Source of the DNA: Podarcis gaigeae
Taxonomy: Eukaryota
DNA: 64,000 nucleotides
Reading direction: 5' to 3' (one strand)
NCBI GenBank assembly: GCA_964106915.2
Contig: OZ066921.1
Below, piece after piece: positions 1-10,744 of this stretch (position 1 is its first letter; each line of letters opens with the position of its first letter). A program made the position numbers and the translations under genes. The notes beneath the pieces were generated by a model. It worked only from the letters and a program-made list of their open reading frames with translations. It had not been told where the DNA came from and did not search any database.

Positions 1-460
1 CTAGCAGGATACAGGGCATGGGGGGGGGGGGAGGCGTGCGGGATGGGCGGAGGTAGCCAGGCAGAGCTGGACGGGCAGGCTGGCGGCCCCCCGCCGCCAC
101 CTCTGACCTGAGCTACACCCAGTCAAAAGCCAAAATAATCCATCTGACTTCAGGCGCAGCGGAGTGTAGTTCAAAAATCAAGATTTGCCCACCCCCTCAC
201 CCCTCACCCCCACTTCCCAGCGTTTACATTTCACATCAGCTTCCATATCGAAATGACTCTTCTAAAACAGATTTCTTTGGCTCCTGTCTATGTGGAAATA
301 GCAATATACCATGACACCCCTACAAAACCTGCTTGCATCTTTTAAACTTTTACTCTTTTTTTAAAATTTTGTGCAATTTTTAGTACATTGTCTGACTTCC
401 AGCAGGAAATATGGATATGTGAAACATATTTTTTTCTACTTTCATACTATTTCTTTTTCT

Positions 461-507
461 TTTATTTTTTCTTTTTTATTTTATGTTCATTCTAAGTGTT
501 CTTTATT
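461..507 (-). terminator. Cluster of candidate polyadenylation signals (3x AATAAA on minus strand)
   Basis: Plus-strand tttatt at 461-466, 475-480 and 502-507, near the distal end of the CAMTA1 3' UTR. Confidence 0.45.
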
Positions 508-1446
508 GGAGTGAGAGTGTATGGTGTTAAGCTAGATACAATTTTGTATTCTTATGATTATCTGCTTTGCAAAATAACTTAATTTTTCTTAAGCAATATT
601 AGCATTCACTTTACTTGGCACCATTGGCAAAAAAAGGAGAAATTAAATAAAATATTAAAAAGGTAACCAAGAAGGTTAAAAGAAATTTAAATAAACTCCT
701 GGTAGCCAAAATCAAATGTAAACATAACTCTTTTTTTTAAAAGTAATGTTACTTTGCCGTTTTTTTCCTAAGTCTAAATACATTTTAGCTCTTCTGCTTC
801 TGCAGTTTAGTCATGCGTTAGCAAAATGTTCTTCTAAAGAACATTTAAAATAAAGTTTCTTATAGTGAAATAAAGTTTTTTTTGTTTCATTTTACAGACC
901 ATAAGCCACTAATGCTTTGCTTTTTCATGTCTTCTTTTTGTCCTTGAATTCATGCACATCTGTTTTAGTATATACAATATGTACAAACATCCACACTCTT
1001 CTCGCTCATTCAGACAAAACTATACAAATACGCAAATTTCTCTTGCCAAGTTATTGACCCTTTGTGAATAAAATAGTTAGCAATTAATCAATATATTCCC
1101 TTTCAAATATTTATTTCTCATTTCCATTTCTACCTTCTCTCTATGTACAGAAACTGCCTAGGTTTTCTTTTTTTCTTTTTTTCTTTTTTGAGATGAAATA
1201 GCCAAAACAAGAGATTTACTGGCCGGAATGCAGCACCCGACTGCTCGCTCCCTTCGGTGGTAGAAATGTCCAGTCAGCTTATTTGCATGTGACTCTTCGG
1301 TCGAACAAGAGGTCTGCAGGTTACCAAAATGCTTTACAAATCATCATTGTTATTAAAGAAGTAAAAATCTTGCGTGAAGTAAGGCCAGAAAATAAAGTGC
1401 CAAATATGAGAAGTGCATATGGCAGCTGAGATACTTGAAGGCTCAA

Positions 1447-1449
1447 GAA

Positions 1450-1483
<34 letters not shown>

Positions 1484-1515
1484 CACAAGAGAGAGACAGA
1501 GAGACAGAGAGAAAG
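1447..1515. repeat. (AG)n / purine microsatellite inside the 3' UTR
   Basis: gagagagaga... tract seen directly. Confidence 0.9.
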
Positions 1516-2296
1516 AAAAAGGAAAACCACCGAACCAAAAGGATCTTTTTGCTTGAGCTGCTCACCCATTCTCTCTCCCCCGCCCCGCACCCCACCCTCT
1601 TGCAAAATACCCGTTTGCCTTAAAAACACTGACAGCTTTCTGGGAAAAGTCCCACGGGATACATTTAAAACCAGCAGATCTAAAAAGTTGCAGAGAGAGA
1701 TTCGATGAAGAACAAAAAGACACAGGTGTGCAAAGGAGGTGATGGAGGAGGGAAGATGGAGGCCCCGCGCAAGACGGAAGGAAGGTGAGCAGCGCCTTTC
1801 CACAGGGAATCCCAACGGTTCCGGGTCTTGGAGATGATTGACAGGTGCAGGAATAGCATTCTTGGGTTGTGGGGTTTTTGCTTTTTTTGGTATTATTATT
1901 TGTACAGTTCCACACATTGTTTGTTTTGTTTTAATACAGCCCTATATGAAAAGGATAATTAATTGCTTCTCTTTTTTTCATATTTGAGAGGAACGAAGCA
2001 ACTCATGAAAACGCCTTCCGGGTGTCACTTTCCCCCCCATGATCCAACCAAAGATTTGAGTTCCAAGATGTCTTGCTGAACAAATTAAAAGTTGTCCATG
2101 AAAGTGCAAATGTAATGACTAAACATTACCATTAAAATCCTGCAGCCGAAATTCTCGGCACTGCAGTCAGTTTCTTTTTTTTTTTTTAATAATTTTTTTT
2201 GTAGTTGTTGCATGTTTCTGCTAAAAACAGAAAATGAAAACAGTCTGAAAAGCAATGTCACATTGCTACGGGATGCTGCCGCCGCCGCCTCTTTCT

Positions 2297-2329
2297 TCAA
2301 GTTCCTTGGCCTTTTTCAATTCTTTCGCT
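2297..2329 (-). CDS. CAMTA1: CAMTA1 terminal coding exon part (SERIEKGQGT*); single-copy, outside the duplicated block
   Basis: Acceptor tttcatttcag| at 2330-2331, then AGC GAA AGA ATT GAA AAA GGC CAA GGA ACT TGA, which matches the recalled vertebrate CAMTA1 C-terminus. Confidence 0.95.
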   Translation of the reverse strand, partial: SERIEKGQGT

Positions 2330-2749
2330 CTGAAATGAAAGAAAAGGGAAAATGGGGGAAAGGTATGACGTTTCTGTTTCCAAAACCCTTGGTGTGAAAA
2401 ATGAAAAGGCATTATGCATTTCTTTATTGTTATTTTTTGGCAGAGGAAGTAACCACCTCATTTTTCTCCCATATTTCACTAATAGTTTAAGAAAAGAAAT
2501 AAATTAACTGTATCCAGTTGTCACAAAAGGCAAGTGTCATTTGAAGCAGCATCTAGGAAAAAGCTGGTGGGGGGGGAAAGAATAGCTTGAGCTCTGAAAA
2601 GACAGAAGATCTATCTGTAGACTGGTAGTTCCCATGTCTAGAATATATGCCAGTCACCTGTTCTGGATGCTGCTATGCTTCTTCTGAAATAACAGGTTTG
2701 CAGTTTGGGAGTGCTTATGGATCCACCTTTGTCCCTAGAAGCTCAGGAG

Positions 2750-3410
2750 GCCTCAGGAGCTAGGAATGTCTTTTACCAGCCTTGTTGGTGTGTCAAGTAC
2801 AGACGTTCTTGGACAGGGACAGTCTGGCCATGGTGATTTATGCATTGGAAGCCTCAATACTTGATTACTGCAATGCATCTACGTGGAGCTACCCTCAGGC
2901 CTTGTCCAGAGGCTTCAGCTGGTTCCAAACACTGTGGCTAGACTTGTTGGGGGTCTGACTGTCGCCAGCACAAACCTCTGGTGCTCAAGTTTGTACTGGC
3001 TGCCCATTCGCAACCAGGCCAGTTTCAAGATTCTTGTATTAATTTTCAATGTGTTTTAAGAATTTGGCTGCAAGACACCTGAAGGATGGCCTAATCCCTT
3101 ATATCCCTGTTCAATCACTGAGGTCTTCGGGGGGCATCACTGTTAGCAGTCCCATGTGGCTCAGATGCATGTAGCCGCACATTTAGCGTGGGCCCAATTT
3201 TATGAAACTCCTAATTGCAGTCAGACAGGTCCCCTGCCTACTGAACTTCTGGCATCTACTAAAAATATTTTTTTAATCCCAGCTGGTCTTTTAATTGAAG
3301 TTTGATTTTATAGTTTTAACTGGTTTATACTTTTTGTATTGCTTATTTGTAAATTGCTTAGACTATTGTAGTTAAGTAGTATATAAATGAATTATTTAAA
3401 TAAAAAACAT
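2750..3410 (+). mobile_element. L2-clade LINE, degenerate 3' fragment
   Basis: Decayed L2 ORF2 C-terminal motifs (cttgattactgcaatgc = LDYCNA; cttcagctggttccaaac ~ LQLVQN; tactggctgcccatt ~ HWLPI), then a T-rich 3' UTR and A-rich tail. Confidence 0.75.
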
Positions 3411-6400
3411 TTAAATGTACATTAAAAAAAAATCCAGAGAGGTGGTGGTGCTTGATCCATATTGGAATCCCAGTAGGTAGCACGTAATGGTCTGTGTGCT
3501 TTTAACCCTTTGCCTTCTGCTGTGATCCTAATCAGGACCCTATACCTGCAGTTTGCATGGAGGAATAAAGCTCTCATCTAAACAAACAGGTGTTTTCACC
3601 CAAATTCCCTGCTGCTCACCAAGCAAGGTTCCTGATCTGGATTGCCCCTTCAGACACATGGCATTTTGTGTAAAAAAGACCAGCTACACGTAAAAGGTAC
3701 AGATACGTAGTGGTAGAAACATGGCAAGGGCTTCTTGTCTCTTCCTCAGCCCCACCTCTGGTCAAAAGCTGGCCAAGATAAGTTCAACATAAAGACCAGC
3801 CTTTCTCCTGAACCTTCTGTTGCAGTCAGCTGCATATGTAGGATCTCAAGGTATGCACAGGAACTCTCCATGAGACCAAGAATGATGCTCATTTCAAGGT
3901 GGGTTCAGACAACCTGCTCACAACCAGCTTGGTCATCTTTGCTGGACAGCGAGCATGCTGAAGGGATGAAAATATCATCTAGCAATGCACCTCCACTGGC
4001 TGAAGCCATGGGCAAGTTGTCTAGCGCCAACTGAAATTGTCAGACGAGTAACTCTTCCTGGTGATGGACTTATCCTGTCTTTTCTCTCTTTATGTGCCTC
4101 TGTTGGAGATAACACTGGTCTGCCAGGCTTCCCAACTGGCTCCTTGGCCAAGACAGAGGTTGGAATGACCTTTCCTTTTTTGCCCCATGAAGCTAGAAAC
4201 CTTTCCCTCTCTTTTATAACTGTCCACAAAGCCCTTTTGTCAAGCGTCTTCCCACCTCTCTCTTGACTTGCAACCTGGCCGGGTAGGCACACCATGTTCA
4301 CAGTGAGTTGAGGTAATAGACATGTTAAATTCAGAAAGAGGAGATAAATGTGTCAGGCCAGGCGTGCTTTTCCCATGCAAAGCCCACATTTTCCCATTGT
4401 GGACCCATTCACTGAGGTAGAAGACCCACCTGCTATGGGGTCTCATTGAGGACATGCATGATCAATCGAAGCTGGTGGCTCCTTTGCAGACATGCTGAGT
4501 CATGCAAAGTCTAGGCTAACAGAGCACTTCTGCTGGAGTGGAGGGGATGCAAGTCATGCTTTGTTGGCACCATCTGTCATCATCAGCATGCAGTGTCTGG
4601 ACTGGTGGAGACCAGTTGCCATTGTCTGGAAAATGCATGCGGATTCTCGCCACATTCCACATTTGCGCGAGTACAGATGTCGTCTAGAAATTTACACAAA
4701 GCCTTACTTGGGACCAAATCAGGTGGCTGACTTGCTTGAATGCTGAGGTTTAAACACCAGACCAACTACTTAATGGATAGACAATTGTTGACTCTTGAGG
4801 TACAGTATTAAGAGCTTTGTGATGCTCCTTAGCTGAAATGGATGTAGACTCTAGAGCTGCAGTTTCTGATGTGACCACAAGATGTAACAATGGCCTTTAA
4901 CGTGAGCCTCACCTCTATATACCTGTGCCTTGGGCCAGGCCAGGCAGATCTATACAGAATGCTGATGCAGACTCAACTTGATGTAATGGATGTGTTGGCG
5001 ATAGATGGGTGGCTCCTTGCTGTCTAGGCTTGCTGGCTGCATGCAACCAGGTTGGGCTAGAGATGGATCAGGCCCCTTTTTCAGTGTGGGTGCTGGGGCA
5101 GGGGAGTGATACTAACTTGCTTTGAGCAACTGTTTCAAACACAGGTAGGTTTAAAATAATTTTATGCTTTGTTGGAAACACTATATCCAGTTTTATAACT
5201 ATGTGCAGAGTACTAAATCGATAATATATAGTGCTAATGAAATTGCAGGTTCAATACAACCATGACGCCACCAGCCAAAATCACATCCTTACTCTCCTTC
5301 CTCCTCGATGCAAAGACACTTCTCCCCGTTTTGCAAAAGACTAAATATTCCAATTTATCTTATTCAGCAAAATTTATATACCATTAGTCAAATCTCCTAA
5401 CATTGCTCTCACTTTCTTTTGGTTTTGTTGCTATTTTCTCTTATTTTGCAAAAACATTAAGCTGCAAACATCTGAAGAGCACTTTGACTTTTCTGGGATA
5501 TTTTCAGAAAAAGGCCTCCCTTCCCAGCAGACCTTGGCTATGTTCTCGAGCTATCCTACCAGTTCAGTGGAGATGGTGGTGAGGCTAAATAGGCCTAGCC
5601 AGCACTCCATGGAAGGGGAATGCACACCCTCAAACCTATCCCCCAATCTTCTGCAGCAGTAGGAAGTTTGGAGAACACTTAGGCCATTCTGAATAGGGGA
5701 CACTGGCATGTTTCTCCTCCCAAATGGATAGGCATAAAAATATCCCTTCCACCCATTCTCTCCAACATTTTATTGTGCAATCCTTTTCACACTTACATCC
5801 GTGTAAGCACCATGGAGAACACTGTGATTTACTGATGAAGAAGCACAGGAATCAACTACAAGATATGGTAGTAAGAGAAATCTGGTTCAAATATAGTTGA
5901 AAACACCCTGATTAGTTGAAAAGTCTAAAAAGTGGAGTGGGTATTTGTACACTTAGTGGTCAAACCCCGAGGCATGAAGATTACACTACAACAGAGGCAG
6001 ACATCCAGACACCATAGAGTTAAACAAGCCCCAGACAGAGCAGAATACTGGGAGTGGGATCTTCCATCTCCTTTCCCCATTCTAATCTGATGAGGGTTGG
6101 GTGGTTGCTTCCAGTAACAGCCAGAGCATCTTACTTGTGGGATAGAAGCTTCATTTACAATTTAGATGATATGGATGCAGCTGAGAACTTTAAACTAGAA
6201 ACACTTTCACTGTGCATCCTTTCAATAAAGGATGTGGTCACACTGCCGCACCCCGCTGCCAAGTAGATGCCTCACTCCCCCTCCAAGCAGAGAATTTCCT
6301 TTGCTGCTTTCTTTGATGAATCACAACAAGGGGGTTGCATAACATATTGAAGAAGCAATGGCAGAAGCAGAAGCCCTGAAAAGCCACCTGCGGACAAAGC

Positions 6401-7452
6401 CCTCTGCCCAATTATCCACCTCCCCACCCCAACTTCAGATGACGATATTGTGAGCAAAATGAGTTAGGTCTAGCTAGGCGGGGAAAATAACTTTGTAAGA
6501 GCAGAGAAATGGCTGAGTGAGTAAAAAGCACATTGCAAAGCTGTCTTGCATCACAGCGGACTCCAAAATGCCCAGCCAAAGAAATGCTGGATGAAGTGGA
6601 CAGCAGAACTGGTTGGGGCAATGCGGAAGGTCAGAAACTGACCGGTGAAGGAAAAGGAGCAGAGGGTGGCAGTGGAGTGGGTGGAGCCCCAGGGTGGGAC
6701 TTTAGAATCAGTTACCTGTTTCTCTTAGAGCAGTAATGGCTTGTGGGAAATTTGGGAAATGGGGGCTCCTCCCTTTTTCCAGATCTCTCATTTGGGTTGC
6801 AAAGCAAAAAGAGAGAGAAGGCCCAATAAGAGAGACACCCCAGAGCATGTGGCCTGCAACTTAACACACTGATTTGTACTTCGAAAGAATTCAGCTCCTG
6901 AAAGAGGCAAACGGAACAAGATTACTTTGGAAATGGTGGCTGTGGCTGCCTTGACGCAGACCACATGTGATGCGTTATTTTCTCATCCCTGCTCTCTTGG
7001 ACAAGTTTAGACAAGTGGTGACGGGTGTCTTAAGTCACATGGACTTCTTGAGAACTGGGCTGCAGCAACCCTTTCTCCCTCCCTTCTTCAACAGGGCCTC
7101 CCCAGCCTAATTCCAGGCCAAACTTCCTCTTTCTATCCCTCTTCTTTGTGCAGTGAAAGGCATTTGTCTGCTGGTCGTTTCCCTTCCTCCCAGCCTTTCA
7201 GAGTTTCTCAAGAGTTCCTCCTACTGCTCCTGTTGCTGGCTTCTCTCTCTGCTCCCACCTGCCTTGCCTCCTTGGGTGGCTTTCTTGTGCTTAACCCCAG
7301 ATTGGCTTTCCAACAACAAATCCACCATTCTCTTTAGCCTCACTCTTTGAAAGTCTCTCCCTGGTTTTGTTTCCACCTCACTGAAGGATCTCAGGCCCTG
7401 ATGCTGGAGGGAGATGCAGGATTTGGCCAAGGCATGAGAAGTCCAGGTTAAA

Positions 7453-7453
7453 C

Positions 7454-7512
<59 letters not shown>
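7453..7512. repeat. (AAAG)n tetranucleotide microsatellite
   Basis: About 14 perfect units seen directly. Confidence 0.95.
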
Positions 7513-7513
<1 letters not shown>

Positions 7514-10379
7514 CACCATCTAACTATGCACTTTCAAGGTGGCACAAGAACTGGGAAGCTGATGAGACTTCAGAAGAAACCAAAAATCCAGTGTCACATA
7601 TAAATGGCTAGTGGTTAATTCAGGTTTCAAACATAGTAAGAGACATACTTACCAAAACCACTATTGTCAGTACTCAGCCACCCTTATTGAATATAGCAAT
7701 GAATATACTACAACCTGTTTAAATACAGATGCTGCTATCAGTGGGGCCACTCCCAGATCTGGAAAATTTATCTTTGCACCTGAGGAAGCTGCACAGCAGA
7801 GATAGCCAATGGGTTGCCCTTCAGAAAATATTGGACTCCAATTCCCCCTAGCCCAGGATGGCCAAAAGTTAGGGATGATGGGAGTTGGGATCCAGCAAAA
7901 TTGGGTGGGGGAACCATGTTGGTTACCCCCCCCCCCACTCAATAGAGAAATGTGAAAAGAGCAGCTCTGAAAGGTTTGTCTGTGGGAACCCTTCAGACAT
8001 GTCCTTCGTGGAGCTGTTAAAATGTACACTTTGGCTAGAGAGGTATTTTTTTATTCAACAATATTCACAAGAGGGCTGTACATATAAGGAAACTTACTCA
8101 CTGAACATAGTATATCTATTTTTTTGCCAATTGCCCATTTTTCTTCTTTAACATGAAATGGCAGCAACAGCTAAGCCTGCTTTGACATGCAAAAGTGCAA
8201 GGAACCCCTTACACAGCTATGATAGATGTTCCCTGAGCAGCCCCCAAGCTGTGGGGCCAAGACAGTGTTGCCTTGCCAGCGGGAAACCCCACACCTTTCC
8301 CAAACAATTAGAAATGCCTCACACAGCTGAGCTACATGCTTCCCTCTCCTACACTGCTTCCAGGGAATGCCATGTGTGTAAGTGCAGGGGCCATGACCCC
8401 ACTCCTGTGCAAAGCCCACAGGACAGTGCCAGAACACCATTGCACCAGGTATGGAGGGTCACCACTGGCAGAGGAACCATGAAACCCCATTGCAGGAGCT
8501 CTGAAAACGGCCATGCTGAACTGCAGATCAGATCCCAGCTAAGGCTTCTCCACTCCAGGTCAGAGCTGTGGACAGCTATTCCTATATCCAGACCAGTGGT
8601 GCATATTCTCAAGCCCAAAGATGCCTTGGAGGTCAGTCACTGGAACTGAGAGCTGGAGCAGGCAGACCATAGTGCTCTGTTGAGCAGGCAGAGGAAGAAA
8701 GCCCAGAGTCCCAGGACTTATGTTATGTCTGTCCAATCCAGTGGCTTTATCTAGCCAGCCGATCACACTGACTCTGAGGCTTATGCATGCATGCACACAT
8801 ATATATATATACTCATGGATGGGTTATTAGGTTAGGCTCAGTTTTCAAACCTCAAAATCTTCCTATGCATTGTGACTCCTTGTCATGGCAAAAGCAGCTG
8901 CTGCAGCATTTGCCCACTCCTGAACCAGGGCAGAGACCTGGACAAGAGAAGCCAGACTAGGCCTGCCTCAGAGCTTCTAACTGAAAGAGGCCAGCTGTGT
9001 GCACGCTTTGTGCTGTGAGGTGCATGGGGGCTGTACAAATTCTCACGGCAACTTGGAAGGAGCAGCAGCAGCATTCAGAGATGTGAGCGTGTCCTGCACA
9101 TGCACAGCAACGGCAGCCGCAGCCGCAGCAGGTGTGGCCTTGCATAGGAGGGCAGAACAGCAGCAGCTCTCTCTTGTTCCCTCTTGTGGGGAAATCAAAG
9201 CAGCAGAGATGGTCAAGGCCGCCTGACGCAAACACCCTGGGGGTTGCAATGTGAGGAGGAGGTGGAGGCACAGGAGTGGGTCTGGGCTGACATGAACCAT
9301 GCTAAAAACAGGTGCCCAAAGCCACCTGAACATGCAACCATCCAATTCTCCCTGAAGGGACGGACCATGGTACAGGTGGCTCCTATTCCTCACCTCCACA
9401 TGCCTTTGTCCCTGGCTCAGAATGCCCAGGCAGAGTAGACCCATTTGAAACAATAGACATGACTAAGTTAGGACCATTAATTTTCCTTATTATATTTATT
9501 TATATCCCACCTTTTTCCCTGACAGGGACTCAAGGCAGCTTACAGAGAAGTAGAAACAACTTAAAATATGTATTTTTAAAAAGCAATGGGCCTATGCTGA
9601 GTAAAACTTATTTGATGGGTGGGGTATAAATAAAATCATCATCATCATCATCATCCAACATTCTAGCATAGTGTTTTTATCTCCATTTTGATCTGCATAC
9701 TCACTCCCTATTTTATATATTCATTTTGCATAAAACTGCTGAATTGGATTCAGAGCCACGGCAAGTTCAGATTTGGTGCTGATTTGTGTGGAAGTGGCCT
9801 GTGGTTGCCACTGAGATTAAAGCTCTCGCTTCCCCTTCAACAAATCTGCAAAATTACTGAAGGACCTGATTGGACTCTCCTCCACCCGCCAAAATAGAAA
9901 CATAGTTGAATAACTAAAATGGTATTCCGGGGCTCAGCCCCTAGAATGCTTTTAGGTCGGCTGTCAGATCAAGATCCTTTGCGAAGCAAAGATCCATATT
10001 ATAGAAGCTCAGCTGATGGCCAAATGTAGCAGCTTTCATGGCTTTGGTTGGGAAGTGGCTGCCTGCACTTACTACTAGGAAAGATTCTGCCTCCTGCCTC
10101 AAGGCCTCCCTCTCAGCACTTTGGGGGTCTCTCTCTTACTGTGCCTGTCTTTATGTAATTCTGAGTCAGCCCCAGGCTCTGGACTCTCATGTCCCCCTCT
10201 CTCATCAGCACTGTGAATTTTCTCTTTGCTCACCCCCTAGGTGCCTAGTCCTAGCAGCAGCTGTTTCTACCTGTCAGAGCAGCTGTCCTAACACCTCCCT
10301 TCACAAGCTGTGCTATGGGGCTGCTCCATGGATACACAATCCTGAAGCTATTTATCATGCCTCTAAGGCATAGCTGATA

Positions 10380-10744
10380 GGGATGTGGATGGCGTTGTGG
10401 GTTAAACAACAGAGCCTAGGACTTGCTGATCAGAAGGTCGGTGGTTCGAATCCCCGCGACGGGGTGAGCTCCCGTTGTTCAGTCCCTGCTCCTGCCAACC
10501 TAGAAGTTCGAAAGCACGTCAAAGTGCAAGTAGATAAATAGGTACTGCTCCAGCGGGAAGGTAAACGGTGGTGTGCTGCCCTGGTTCGCCAGAAGTGGTT
10601 TAGTCATGCTGGCCACATGACCCAGAAGCTGTATGCGGACAAATGCCAGCTCCCTCGGCCTATAGAGCGAGATGAGCACGCAACCCAACCCCAGAGTTGG
10701 TCACGACTGGACCTAATGGTCAGGGGTCCCTTTACCTTTTCCTT
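10380..10744 (+). mobile_element. Sauria SINE, near full length, with target-site duplication
   Basis: tRNA-like head with B box ggttcgaatcc, Sauria core (gttcgaaagcacgtcaaagtgcaagtagataaataggtac), 3' acctttt tail, and flanking 14-bp TSD taaggc(a/c)tagctga at 10364-10377 and 10745-10758. Confidence 0.92.

Larger units (their letters stand above)
230..2296 (-). other. CAMTA1: CAMTA1 3' UTR (terminal exon, non-coding part; distal end uncertain)
   Basis: Continues directly after the TGA at 2297-2299. AT-rich with U/A runs and no recognisable TEs. Minus-strand AATAAA (plus tttatt) at 1110-1115, 502-507, 475-480 and 461-466. Cleavage site not determinable. Confidence 0.75.

Noticed and set aside
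1321-1917. 198-aa and overlapping ORFs in the 3' UTR
   Set aside because: Non-ATG starts, inflated by the (AG)n repeat, and downstream of the true stop.
8158-8649. 163-aa ATG-initiated antisense ORF with good Kozak context
   Set aside because: No recognisable domain, and about one ORF of this length is expected by chance in ~34 kb of unique sequence over six frames.
8957-9271. Cys-rich ORF (CCGCGCRCCAC...CCCC) suggesting a metallothionein- or keratin-associated-like gene
   Set aside because: Produced by low-complexity GCA/GCC triplets that read as poly-Ala in other frames. No ATG start at the ORF beginning and no family spacing pattern.
10380-10460. tRNA gene (B box ggttcgaatcc)
   Set aside because: It is the tRNA-derived head of the Sauria SINE. 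The same applies to the heads at 18335, 30944 and 31333.
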